This document shows positions 41,200-52,700 of a stretch of DNA of 64,000 nt, one piece after another. Positions within the stretch are counted from its first letter, which is position 1, and every line of letters begins with the position of its first letter. Made by a program: the position numbers and the translations under genes. Below the pieces are notes generated by a model. The model had not been told where the DNA came from, did no database searches, and saw only the letters and a program-made list of their open reading frames with translations. Source of the stretch: Blepharisma stoltei ATCC 30299 (lineage: Eukaryota; Protista; Ciliophora); NCBI GenBank assembly GCA_965603825.1, contig CBFDEM010000050.1:248001-312000 (forward strand), given 5' to 3'.

Positions 41200-44100
41200 T
41201 TAATAAAATGTATTAGCTTCTATCCACCCTTTTTTCCCACTGCCTTTATTTTTTGCCATTTCTATTCTCATCAAAAATTTTCTACACTCATCATAGCATA
41301 CTAGTAAAATAAATGCAGGAACAGCAGGAAATCCATAGTGCAAAGTAAGCAAGGGTCTACCTCCTAAAGCACTATTCAGCCCAGGAACATAGCAAATTAT
41401 CAATGTAAACAAAGTTTCAAAACAAAGCGCAAAGTTCACAAACCAGTTTGTGAAACCTCTATCAATTATACTTTTTTCTCTTGTCCTGACAATCATTATA
41501 TTTGCGTATTGGCAGCAAACAACTCCTACGAAGTAACCACATTGTGCGTATTTAAAAGCTTCTGTGGTATAGCAGATTTCATGATTAGATATTGGTGATG
41601 TCCACCCAGGATATTTGCAATCAGACCAATTATCCTTTCCATAATTATGGAACCATATTCTTAAGTCAAGATGTGCATCTCCATTTGTGATAAAATCAAC
41701 AGCCTCGTTTTCATAATTTGAGTCTCCTATGTGAGAATTTCCTTTTGAATTGAGATCAGGGTCATAAACATCATCCTTTCCGGGCTTATACCCAGATTGT
41801 GCTACGTAAAAGAACCACAAAACTTGTGGTTTGAATCCGAAATCATAAAAAATCGTGAAATAAGCCAACATTCCACCCATTGTGATTATTTCGCCTGTTT
41901 GCATATAAGCAAAAAATAGAAGTTGATAGGACATCAAATGATCTTTTTCTGCATCTCGTGGTTTTCTTTTCATAATATCAAGCTCGGACTCTTCATAAGC
42001 AAGCCCAACAGCTGGGATAACATCAGTTCCAACACTGATTGCAAGCATTAAAACAGTTGATAAAGGTAAGGGTAGCTGGAATATAACTGTTATTAAGTAA
42101 GGGATGATCTCTGCCATGTTTGATGCTAAAACGTAGGCGATAGTTCTTTTAAGATTATCGAAAATGACACGGCCTTGCTCTACACCTTGAATAATAGATG
42201 CAAAATTGTCATCGATCAGCAGCATATCGGCAGCGTCTTTAGCTGCATCGCTTCCTACAATTCCCATAGCAATTCCAATGTCAGCTTTTTTAATGGCCGG
42301 GCTGTCATTTACGCCATCACCAGTAACAGCAACAATTTGTTTAAGTTGCTGATTGGCGTCAACAATCATATATTTTTGAGCAGGAGAAGTCCTTGCAAAC
42401 ACGATTTCTTTTTTACTTAGCCACTTGGCAATTCTTTGCTCTCTAAATGGAAGATCGGAATCTTCTGTGTGAGCTTTTGTGAGCATATCTCCGTGAATCA
42501 CAATAGCGTCACTTAAGTCTATAGCCTTTTCCCAATCCAAGCCTTCTTCAACATAGTCATTCACAGTCTTGTCTACAGTAATAATTTGCACTTGTCTTGC
42601 AATTGCTGCAGCGGTAAGAGGCTGATCTCCAGTAACCATTATTACTTTGACCCCTGCATCATGAGCTGAAATAACAGCTTCTTTCACTCCTTTTCTTGGT
42701 GGGTCCATTAGTGCAGTTAAGCCAATAAAAGTGAGCCCTCGAAGAGGGAAATTTGGCCCTTCTTTTTTATTTGGTTCAAAGACATAATCTTTAGGATACT
42801 CATTGTGATCGAGCCATGTGTAAGCAAATCCTAAGACTCGCTGACCTTTACCTCCAAAGCATTTATTTGCGGTTGCAAATTGAATTCTTTTCTCCTCAGT
42901 TATAGGAATAGCATTTCCTTCTGAAAGAATAGTTGAGCATCTCTCCCATAGCTGCTCAGGAGCGCCCTTCATAAATAGTATGCAATCTTTCTTGTGGTCT
43001 TCAGGATTCCAATCTGTTGGCTCATGAATTGTTACTGCATATTTATTAGCCGAAGTAAATGGGATTTCACCTTTAATCCCTCCTCTTATTAGAATAGGAT
43101 ATGTTTGCCTCATATCTGTGATATTTTTGATGGGATGGAAGAATTTAATTAAAGCAATTTCTGATGCATCACCTCCGAATGTTGGCCAAGTTTGTATGGA
43201 TTTGGCTGCTAAGCCACTTTTAAATTTTTCTTTAACTTCTGCAATTTCATTTTCAGAAAGCCTGTTTCCATGCTTATCAGATAAAAGATCTTCAGGTGGC
43301 TCGGTTGAAAATTGGGCTTTGCTATTTAGAATAGCACATCTAAGCAGCATTTCAAAAGTGGGCTCTTCAATATTATAGCCTAAAGTTACTCCAGTATTCT
43401 TTTCTTCATAATTATTTACATCTCTAATTTTACTGTCATACCAAATACTAACGACTCTCATTTTGTTTTCAGTTAAAGTCCCAGTCTTGTCTGAGCAAAC
43501 ACATGTGACAGATCCTAAAGTTTCGACACATTCTAAGTTTTTTACAAGGACATTTTTTTCAGCCATTCTTTTTGCAGTAAGAGCAAGAGCAACTGTTACT
43601 TCTCCAAGTAGTCCTTCAGGAACATTAGCAATAATGCATCCAATAGCATTAATTACATTTACCGTAATAGTAAACCCAAAGCTAAAGCCTAAAGCAAAGA
43701 AGATGATTCCCATTGTGACTGATATAATAGTGATTACCTTCACAAAAAAGTCAATTTCTCTTCCCAGTGTCGTTTGTTCATTCTTAGTAGTGAAGGCTAA
43801 GTTTGCAATCCTTCCCATTACAGTCTTGTCACCTGTATTAATCACCACACCTTTCGCTTCCCCAGTGCTGCACATAGTCCCAAAAAATGCCATATTTTCA
43901 GTTTCAAGCGGATTTTTTTCATTAGTACATTTTTCTGTTCTTGGAAGAGGATCACTTTCTCCAGTTAAGGACGAGTTATCAACTTTCATATTATTAGATG
44001 ATAAAATCCTAATGTCTGCAGGAATTTTTTTACCTTCCTTAACAAACACAATGTCTCCAGGAACAAGCTTAGATGACTCCATCTCTCTTGCATTTCCATC

Positions 44101-44688
44101 TCTGATTACTGAGCATTTAGGAGGAATCATGTTCTTGAACCCTGCCATGATGGCTGCTGACTTTTCTTCTTGATAAAAGCCAAATGTACCTGTGATTACG
44201 ACGACAACAACTATCGCTATAGCAAGGTAAACATTGGATGGATCAGTTTGATCAATACCATATGTGATGAAACATAAAATAGCCCCTGCCCATAGCATCA
44301 ATGAGAAAAAGCCAGTTAGACACTTAATAAAATGCAAGTACCATGGGAGTCCGGCCTTCTCAGTCAGTTTATTTTCTCCAAAAACTTTAAGTTTATTATG
44401 TGCTTTTTCGTCTGATAAGCCACGGTCGAAATCTGTTTCTAAGTTTCTTGCTAGCTCATCTAATGAGATTTTATGCTCAATCATGTCTCTAAAAGCTTCC
44501 GAGCTCTTAATAGCATCATCTTGCTTATCCCTTCCTTTAGGCTTTGCTACAGACTTTTTTGTGGCTCCATGTTTTTTGCTTTCTTCTTCAGCTAGTCTTT
44601 CAGCATGCTCTTTTATCTCGATTTGATGTTTTATTTGTTGCAGCCCGATAATGAATGAAGAGCTTGTTCTTCTAATCGGTTCTAACAT
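41200..44688 (-). CDS. P-type ATPase, type IIC (Na,K/H,K-ATPase alpha-like), copy A
   Basis: VDNSSLTGES, NVPEGL, CSDKTGTLT, MKGAPE, DPPR, MVTGD, FARTSP, TGDGVNDSPA; C-terminus GWIEANTFY. Confidence 0.95.
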   Translation of the reverse strand: MLEPIRRTSSSFIIGLQQIKHQIEIKEHAERLAEEESKKHGATKKSVAKPKGRDKQDDAIKSSEAFRDMIEHKISLDELARNLETDFDRGLSDEKAHNKLKVFGENKLTEKAGLPWYLHFIKCLTGFFSLMLWAGAILCFITYGIDQTDPSNVYLAIAIVVVVVITGTFGFYQEEKSAAIMAGFKNMIPPKCSVIRDGNAREMESSKLVPGDIVFVKEGKKIPADIRILSSNNMKVDNSSLTGESDPLPRTEKCTNEKNPLETENMAFFGTMCSTGEAKGVVINTGDKTVMGRIANLAFTTKNEQTTLGREIDFFVKVITIISVTMGIIFFALGFSFGFTITVNVINAIGCIIANVPEGLLGEVTVALALTAKRMAEKNVLVKNLECVETLGSVTCVCSDKTGTLTENKMRVVSIWYDSKIRDVNNYEEKNTGVTLGYNIEEPTFEMLLRCAILNSKAQFSTEPPEDLLSDKHGNRLSENEIAEVKEKFKSGLAAKSIQTWPTFGGDASEIALIKFFHPIKNITDMRQTYPILIRGGIKGEIPFTSANKYAVTIHEPTDWNPEDHKKDCILFMKGAPEQLWERCSTILSEGNAIPITEEKRIQFATANKCFGGKGQRVLGFAYTWLDHNEYPKDYVFEPNKKEGPNFPLRGLTFIGLTALMDPPRKGVKEAVISAHDAGVKVIMVTGDQPLTAAAIARQVQIITVDKTVNDYVEEGLDWEKAIDLSDAIVIHGDMLTKAHTEDSDLPFREQRIAKWLSKKEIVFARTSPAQKYMIVDANQQLKQIVAVTGDGVNDSPAIKKADIGIAMGIVGSDAAKDAADMLLIDDNFASIIQGVEQGRVIFDNLKRTIAYVLASNMAEIIPYLITVIFQLPLPLSTVLMLAISVGTDVIPAVGLAYEESELDIMKRKPRDAEKDHLMSYQLLFFAYMQTGEIITMGGMLAYFTIFYDFGFKPQVLWFFYVAQSGYKPGKDDVYDPDLNSKGNSHIGDSNYENEAVDFITNGDAHLDLRIWFHNYGKDNWSDCKYPGWTSPISNHEICYTTEAFKYAQCGYFVGVVCCQYANIMIVRTREKSIIDRGFTNWFVNFALCFETLFTLIICYVPGLNSALGGRPLLTLHYGFPAVPAFILLVCYDECRKFLMRIEMAKNKGSGKKGWIEANTFY

Positions 44689-44727
44689 TTATAATTCGCA
44701 CATTTGTGATTAATTTCTGCTTGATTA

Positions 44728-44765
44728 TCCAGTGAAAAGTGAGCTGAAATTTTCAGAAAAATGGC
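44728..44765 (-). promoter_or_regulatory. Proximal conserved upstream element of pump A
   Basis: Sense GCCATTTTTCTGAAAATTTCAGCTCACTTTTCACTGGA aligns with 49627-49664 upstream of pump B. Confidence 0.6.
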
Positions 44766-45101
44766 GAAATAGGAAATCGCAATAAACACTTCATTGATAA
44801 GAGATTTATGTATTGTTTTTAAATATTTATTGGTGATTGATTATAGCATGACTACTAGAGAGTGATGCAACTTAGATTAAACACTTTGAAAAATAATTAT
44901 AGATATTGGAGCAGCTTATAATAGAATCTGCATATAACAAGGCATTTTAAAAAATCTGAAACAGATTTAACATACAACTCTTTTCTGCAACATTTTATTT
45001 CTTTTTGTAGTCTAATAAAGAGCAAGACAATATGATTTATATCTTTTTCCCCTTCTATCTCTATCTTTTTTTATCCAGTAATAAGATTTTATCCAAAAAT
45101 T

Positions 45102-45122
45102 TTCCAGTCCAAAATGGAACGG
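45102..45122. promoter_or_regulatory. Distal conserved dyad element TTCCA-GTCCAAAA-TGGAACGG
   Basis: Near-identical inverted copy at 48920-48939. Confidence 0.55.
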
Positions 45123-45673
45123 TAATGAGAGTCCTTTTTAAATTTCCAAAAATAAAAGATTTTATAATTTAAGAAATAAAGACTATGTACAGATATTTAT
45201 GTAAGCCAAAATCGGAGCAGAGTTTAGTTTTGCTTAAGAACAATATTTTGAAAATTTTAGTATTAAATAAAGAAATGATTAAAATATAAAGATTTAAATA
45301 AATTCAATTTAAAGGCGATTAATATCACTTAGAAAACGAATAGCAATTATATTATAATGCAATATTATAATTCAAATTATTAAAATCTCATTTAATTTAA
45401 AAGTTGCAAAATGATGTCTAAACTGATTATTTTAATTTAGCATACAAATGAAGTTAAAATAACTTAACTATTCAAGAAATATATTTAATAAGTAGATATA
45501 TAACTCCACAATATAATTATGGCTTTCTTAATAATTGGCATAGTAAAACTCATGCAGTTAATTTTTGCTCATTTCGGTTATTTTACAATGAGAAGTTCAT
45601 ATCTTTTAACTAATCTTTTTTATATCTTAATAGATTTCAATGTAGAATCCCAGTTAATAATAAATTCAAAAAA

Positions 45674-46666
45674 ATGCAAAGTCATCATATTCGTGATTTC
45701 CAAATTCTCAAAACAATAGGTATTTCCCAATTAGGAACTGGCACTTTTGCAAGAGTAGTAATAGCTAGATTAAAAAACCAAAAGCAAGGGACCTACTATG
45801 CAATTAAAATGATAAACAAAGAAGTTTTAGCAAAATTGAAACAAGTTGAGCATGCAAAGTGCGAAAAACGGGTGCTCATGTCTCTTGATAACCCTTTTAT
45901 TCTTAAAGTGTAAAAAAAATTCAGATTCAGCTCATTCCAAGACAATGCATGCCTGTATTTAGTGATGGAATATATTGCAGGAGGAGAGCTCTTTACGCGT
46001 TTAAGATTATGACATCATTTCCCAAATGATGTCGCTTTATTTTATGCTACTGAAATTTTGCTTGCAATTGAGTACATTCACTCGAACAACATTATTTACC
46101 GAGATTTAAAGCCTGAAAACCTGCTGATCGATCATACAGGACACATAAAAATTGCAGATTTCGGATTCTGCAAACATATTTCACAAGGAGAAAGGACTTT
46201 TACACTATGCGGAACACCAGAATACCTAGCACCAGAAATAATAAAATCAATTGGCCATTCAAAGCCAGTCGATTGATGGGCGTTTGGGATTTTGGTTTAT
46301 GAAATGCTTGTAGGGCATCCACCGTTTTTTGATAATAATCCTTATAAAATTTACAAAAAAATCGTAAAAGGAGAGTTTGAAATGCCAGAAGAGGTTCCAC
46401 ATGCAGCAGCAAAATTAATTTCAAGACTTTTAGTAATAGAGCAGGAAAATCGTTTAGGAAGTGTAAGGGGGAGTATTGATATTAAAGCAGCTAAATGATT
46501 TAGAGGAGTTGACTGAGGAATGGTTTGCCAAAGAGAAATTAGGGCACCTTGGATACCTAACTTAAGCGGGCCTGGGGACACTTCATCTTTTGCAAATTAT
46601 CCAGATGACGACACATTTTTTCAGCCAGCATCAGCATCAGTTAATGAATTATTCAGAGATTTTTAA
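45674..46666 (+). CDS. cAMP-dependent protein kinase catalytic subunit (PKA-C/PRKX-like)
   Basis: [51 protein letters not shown](TGA)-W(TGG)-AFG, GDTSSF, C-terminal FRDF; two 15-nt introns. Confidence 0.93.
45720..45734 (+). other. Stop-less 15-nt intron GTATTTCCCAATTAG
   Basis: Intron consensus with A at position 10; removal gives the canonical [13 protein letters not shown]. Confidence 0.75.
45910..45924 (+). other. 15-nt intron GTAAAAAAAATTCAG
   Basis: Removes an in-frame TAA and restores PFILKVFSSFQD. Confidence 0.9.
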
Positions 46667-46869
46667 TAAATATTGTGATGGTAAGCATTTTTAAAATAAT
46701 GTAAAATTATTATTAAGCAATAAATTTATTAATGTCAGCCAAATGCGTTCAATGTATAATTTATATAAAAGTTAAGAATCTCTCTGCAAATGTTCCTGGG
46801 TTTGAATAAACAAAACAAAATGAGTTGAATTAATTTTGTCTTTTAATTATATAATATAATCTACTTTAA

Positions 46870-47991
46870 CTATATAATATTGCAATTGCACACATCATTT
46901 TTTATAGAATCTCTTCTAATTAGCTCTTCAGGTGATTTTAGATCAATTATTGTAGCTTCTAAAGTTTTAATTGCTCTTTTTTGCTTAGCGATTTTTGAAT
47001 TAAGAAAAGAAAAACGATCTTCTGTAATAGTGCTAGTCATTGTAGTATTTTGGGACGTTCTTTTTTCATCTTTCTGGGTGAATAAGAAAATGTTTTGAGT
47101 CAAATTTAAAATTTCTTTGTCTTTTTTCTCTATTTTCTCACCCATTTCAGTATGCAAATTTTGGATAGCTTCTATATGAGCTTTATCTCCTTCTAATTGT
47201 TTTTTCATGCAATCAATGATTATTTCTAGTTCAGCCTCATTTGATCATTTTTCAAAGCTATCTGGCTCTGATCTGCTGCCTAAATCTTTAATTTTTTTAT
47301 CAATTTCTTCATTTTCTTCAACTATCCCATGAAGCACAGATTTTAATTTTTCATTTTTGGCATCTAAATTATTTTCATAAAATAATAGTTCATGTTTAAT
47401 TTTTTTGATTTTCCTCTTTTTCCCTTTATTTTCTACAGTCAATTCTTTTGCCCTGGCTTTAAACTCTGCAATTTCGCCCTCTAATTTTTGGTTGTCTTTC
47501 TTTAAGGTATCAATTAATCCCAAATACTCAATATTTTGCCTATTTTTAGTCTCTTGTGCTTCGGCTATTTTTATTTGGAGTTGCTCAATTTTTATATTTT
47601 CAGTTATAGACTGTCTTTTATATTGATCAATGTTTTTTTCTAAACCCTTGAGCTCTTTGTTGACATTTTTAAGTGATGTTTTGAAGTTCTTTCTTACTGA
47701 GCTTTGTATGGAATTATTAGTGCAGTTATTGCAAATCCTCAATCGGAATTTTATTCCTGGAATTGATGGAGGCTCAGTGATGCACTTAAGACAGCATCCT
47801 CGATAGCATACTGTACAGCAATATCTTTTCCTTAAAAGATTAAAAAAATTACCACAAACTACACAAGATTTGTCGTCTTTATAAGCTAACTTATCTACAT
47901 AAGGTGTTATTGTATAGTAATTACTACGTCTTCTAGTAATAATAGAATGATGATGGGCTTTAAGTCCCGGCTCTGTGTGCTGTCTTTCCAT
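46870..47991 (-). CDS. FYVE-like zinc finger + coiled-coil protein with C-terminal CaaX (373 aa)
   Basis: CVVCGNFFNLLRKRYCCTVCYRGCCLKC..RICNNC; TGA=Trp at 47245; ends CNCNII-TAG. Confidence 0.82.
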
Positions 47992-48919
47992 CAGTAAATA
48001 GCTTCTCCTATACTATTTATATTATTTGTGAGTATAATGGATTAATTTAATAGAATTTTGTATAATTAAATCTTTATAAGCCCTGAAAGTAGAATTGTGG
48101 TTAAGTTAATTTAATTTTTATAAGTTTTTATTTAAACCAAAATATAATCAAATATTTGTCCAGGAGAAATAATATCCTGCACATCTATAATTCTCTAATC
48201 ATTAATTTTATTGACAGCTTTACAAAGAAAAAGTCAATGCTAAAAATATTTATTCATTCGTCGTTAGTTTTATTTGCTATAATAAATGCATAATGAGTAT
48301 TTTTGTAAACATAACTTAAGAAAATCTTTAATTTAGCTTTAAAATTAATTTTCAAATTAAATATAAGTACATTTTATTTTCAAAGTTGGCTTTAATACGC
48401 ATATTCGCTGCAAAATTAAACTTATACTTTTAATTTTATTCTTCAACAGCAAAATTAATGCACAGAAAAACAATTTTTCTTTAAAGCATTACCTTTAGAA
48501 ACTAAGGAATGATAGATATAATTAAAAATAAATGAATTGCAAATTTTATGCATTTTGAATGAAGTAAAAAATCTTGTGAATTTTAGCTTATTGAGCAATA
48601 AATTTATTAAATAAATTTTAATTGAAAACAAGCTAAAGCAACTTAAAATAATTCTCTTCAAAATTTCAATAGATTAGCAATCCAAATAAAAATATCAAAT
48701 TATTTGCATTGATGTACACTTTGATAGCTTGCTTTATATCTATAAGGTTTACCTAAAAATTTTTGCAAATTTTTTTTCTTGGAGAAGTATAAAAATAAAT
48801 CGTTTTGATTTTAAGTGACTTTCTTTAAAGTTTTATTGTTTTAAATTCTTCTTTATCTAAGTATTTTTTAAATTATATAGATTTTCAAAAGGGTACATTT
48901 TTGTCAATTTCACTATTTT

Positions 48920-48939
48920 CCGTTCCATTTTTACTGGAA
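48920..48939. promoter_or_regulatory. Distal conserved dyad element (reverse complement TTCCA-GTAAAAA-TGGAACGG)
   Basis: Inverted match to 45102-45122. Confidence 0.55.
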
Positions 48940-49626
48940 TTTTTTATAAAGTCTTTCAATCCAGATGAAACACGATTAAAAGACAGATTAAGCAAAAATC
49001 GCAAGCTAGATAGATAATTTCATTTCATCAAAGCAAGCTATTCAGCAATTCTGAAAAAGATTTTGATAAGATAATTGTATAGAATGAAGAAAATGCAAAT
49101 AGATTTTTGCTTCTAAGTTACTTATTCACAAAGCATGATATTACAATAAATGCATTCTTGATAAAACTTCAGATTATCTAAAATGAATTTTGCAAATGTT
49201 CTAATTCTTGATTATGAATAAAATTAGAATGCCCTATAACAATTCTTTAGCTCTGAATGCATTCAAACAAATTTTCATTTATCAATATTACCACTATCCT
49301 ACTTTCTTTTAATTTTTTGGAATTTTACTCTATCTAAATCGCTGCTCAAAAAATAACTAAATCATAACAACAATATAAATCTAAATTAAGTAGATTTAGT
49401 TAAATTTTAAAATTAGCATCCAAAATATTGACTTTTTTGCCTTATTATTAGTTATTGGTATTTTTTTTTATTTTCTGAAGCTGAAAATCCAAATTTTTTG
49501 TATATGAGTTTCCATTTGATTGAAATTGAATGAGCTTAGTTTCTTCTTATAAAAGTTTAAATCTTGCAAAAACTATACTTAAAATTTGGATTCTGACAAA
49601 ATATTGAAAAATCCTATAACTTAATT

Positions 49627-49664
49627 GCCATTTTTCAAAATTTACAGTTCATTTTTTCACTGGA
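49627..49664 (+). promoter_or_regulatory. Proximal conserved upstream element of pump B
   Basis: GCCATTTTTCAAAATTTACAGTTCATTTTTTCACTGGA aligns with the element upstream of pump A. Confidence 0.6.
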
Positions 49665-49711
49665 AGCTTACAAACACTTTGGTAAAAGACTTTATTAAAT
49701 GTTATAATAAT

Positions 49712-52700
49712 ATGTCACAACCTCTTAGAAGAACAAGCTCCTCGTTTATCATCGGGTTCCAACAACTCAAGGACCAAATCGAGATAAAAGAGCACGCTGA
49801 AAGAATCGCTAATGAAGAGAACCTTAAAAAAGGCATTACAAAGAAACCCAAAGAGACCAAAGGAAAAGACAAGCAAGACGACGCAATAAAAAATACTGAA
49901 GCTTTTCGTGATATGGTTGAGCACAAAATACCCCTAGAAGAGCTTTCAAGGAACCTAGAAACCGATCTTGACCGTGGCCTACCAGAAGAAATAGCTCGTA
50001 ATAAGCTCAAAGTCTTTGGTGAAAATAAGCTAACAGAAAAGGTAGGAATGCCATGGTATATACATTTTATAAAGTGTCTAACTGGATTTTTCTCACTTCT
50101 ACTATGGGCTGGAGCCATTTTGTGTTTTATTACTTATGGCATTTCTCAAGCTGATCCATCTAACTTATATTTGGCTATTGCTCTTGTTGTTGTGGTTCTT
50201 GTTACTGGCTGTTTTGGCTTTTATCAAGAATCCAAGTCAGCGGCAATTATGGCAGGCTTTAAAAATATGATTCCTCCTAAATGCTTAGCTATAAGAGATG
50301 GCAGTCAAAGAGAAATGGAGTCACAGAAACTTGTCCCAGGAGATATAGTATTTGTAAAGCAAGGCAATAAAATTCCAGCAGATATCAGAATTTTGACAGC
50401 TAATAATATGAAAGTTGATAACTCTTCTTTAACTGGTGAGAGTGAGCCTTTAGCAAGAACTGATAAATGCACTAATGAAAAAAATCCACTTGAAACTGAA
50501 AACTTAGCATTTTTTGGAACAATGTGCAGCTCAGGAGAAGCAAAAGGAGTAGTAGTTAACACTGGTGATAAAACTGTGATGGGAAGAATTGCCAAGCTAG
50601 CTTTTTCAACAGAAAATGAGCAAACAACTCTAGGTAGAGAAATTGAATTTTTCGTGAAAGTAATAAGCGTTATATCACTTTCTATGGGAGTCATTTTCTT
50701 TGCATTAGGCTTCAGCTTTGGATATGACATAGTAACTAATGTCATCAATGCAATTGGTGTTATCGTTGCAAATGTTCCTGAAGGACTTTTAGCAGAAGTT
50801 ACTGTAGCTCTTTCACTAACCGCCAAAAGGATGTCAGAAAAAAATGTCCTCGTGAAAAATCTTGAATGCGTTGAAACTTTAGGATCAGTCACATGTGTAT
50901 GCTCTGATAAAACGGGAACTTTGACTGAAAACAAAATGAGAGTTGTCAGTATTTGGTATGATAATAAAATTAGAGATGTGAATAACTATGAAGAAAAAAA
51001 TACTGGGGTTACTTTAGGCTATAACATTGAAGATCCAGCTTTTGAAATGATGCAGAGATGCGCCATTTTGAATAGCAAAGCCCAGTTTTCGACTGAACCT
51101 CCAGAAGAAGTTTTGACTGATAAAAAAGGAAATCCGCTGCCCCAAAACGAAATCGAAGCAGCTAAAGAAAAGTATAGGACTGAGCTAGCTCAAAAATCAA
51201 TTCAAGTATGGCCAACATTTGGAGGAGATGCGTCAGAAATTGCACTTATTAAATTTTTCCACCCTATACAGAATATTGTAGAAATGAGGAAAACCTATCC
51301 TGTTCTAGTAAGAGATGGCGTAAAAGGTGAAATCCCATTCAACTCAGCCAATAAATATGCAGTAACACTTCACGAGCCAGCTGATTGGAATCCTAAAGAT
51401 CACAAAAAAGATTGCATATTATTTATGAAGGGGGCCCCTGAGCAATTATGGGAAAGATGCTCAACTATTTATTCTAATGGAACTGCATCTCCTATTACTG
51501 AAGACGTGAAAGCACAGTTTGCAGCAGCAAACAAGCACTTTGGAAGCAGAGGTCAAAGAGTTTTAGGATTTGCTTATATGTGGCTTGACCATAATGAGTA
51601 CCCTAAAGATTATGTTTTTGATCCAAATAAGAAAGAGGGACCGAATTTCCCTCTTCGCGGACTTACTTTTATCGGTTTGACTGCTTTGATGGATCCACCA
51701 AGAAAAGGTGTAAAAGAAGCCGTCATTTCAGCTCATGAAGCAGGGGTCAAAGTTATTATGGTTACTGGAGATCAACCTCTTACAGCCGCAGCAATTGCAA
51801 GACAAGTACACATCATTACGCAAGCCAAAACTGTAAATGACTATGTTGAAGAAGGTATGGATTGGGAAAAAGCTTTGGAATTAAGCGACGCTATTGTGAT
51901 CCACGGAGATATGCTCACAAAAGCCCATGCAGAAGATGCTGAACTCCCTTTCAATGAGCAAAGAATTGCAAAATGGTTGAGTAAAAAAGAAATCGTTTTT
52001 GCAAGGACTTCTCCTGCTCAAAAATATTTAATTGTTGACGCCAATCAGAAACTCAAACAAATTGTTGCTGTTACTGGTGATGGTGTAAATGATAGTCCAG
52101 CCATTAAAAAGGCTGACATTGGAATTGCTATGGGAATTGTAGGAAGTGACGCTGCAAAAGATGCTGCCGATATGCTACTTATTGATGACAACTTTGCGTC
52201 CATTATTCAAGGAATTGAGCAGGGCCGTGTCATTTTTGATAATCTTAAAAGAACTATCGCATACGTTTTAGCTTCAAATATCCCTGAAATTATTCCGTTT
52301 TTGGCCGCAGTTATTTTCCAGTTACCTTTGCCTTTAACCACTATTTTGATGCTTTGCGTTTGTATTGGAACCGACGTTGTTCCAGCTGTTGCTCTAGCTT
52401 ATGAAGAGCCTGAGCTTGATATCATGAAGAGAAAGCCAAGAAACGCTGAAACTGATCATTTAATGTCGTTTCAGCTCCTTTTCTTTGCTTATATGCAAAT
52501 TGGAGAAATATTAACATTAGGAGGAATGATGGAATATTTAGTAATTCTCTATGACTTTGGATTCAAGCCACAAGTCTTATGGTTCTTTTATATTGCTGAT
52601 TCAGGCTGCAGACCTGACGAGCATGATATTTATGATCCAGATATCCATTCAAAAGGAAACTCTCATATAGGAGATGATAGCTACTGTGGCGACACGGTGA

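Noticed and set aside
43463-44626. Long antisense ORFs (236 and 120 aa; likewise 50305-50934, 49702-50118, 19423-19983)
   Set aside because: Shadow frames of real genes; their similarity between pumps simply mirrors sense-strand paralogy
45519-45719. 66-aa ORF upstream of PKA as a separate gene or exon
   Set aside because: Low-complexity AT-rich frame overlapping the PKA start, with no motif and no splice path needed
47995-49620. Long AT-rich spacer as an IES, transposon or hidden gene (including ORF 48455-48661)
   Set aside because: No terminal inverted repeats, transposase, telomeric repeats or credible ORF; best read as regulatory intergenic DNA
49625-49711. 29-aa N-terminal extension of pump B from a TTG start
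   Set aside because: The paralog aligns from ATG 49712, and the extension overlaps the conserved non-coding element
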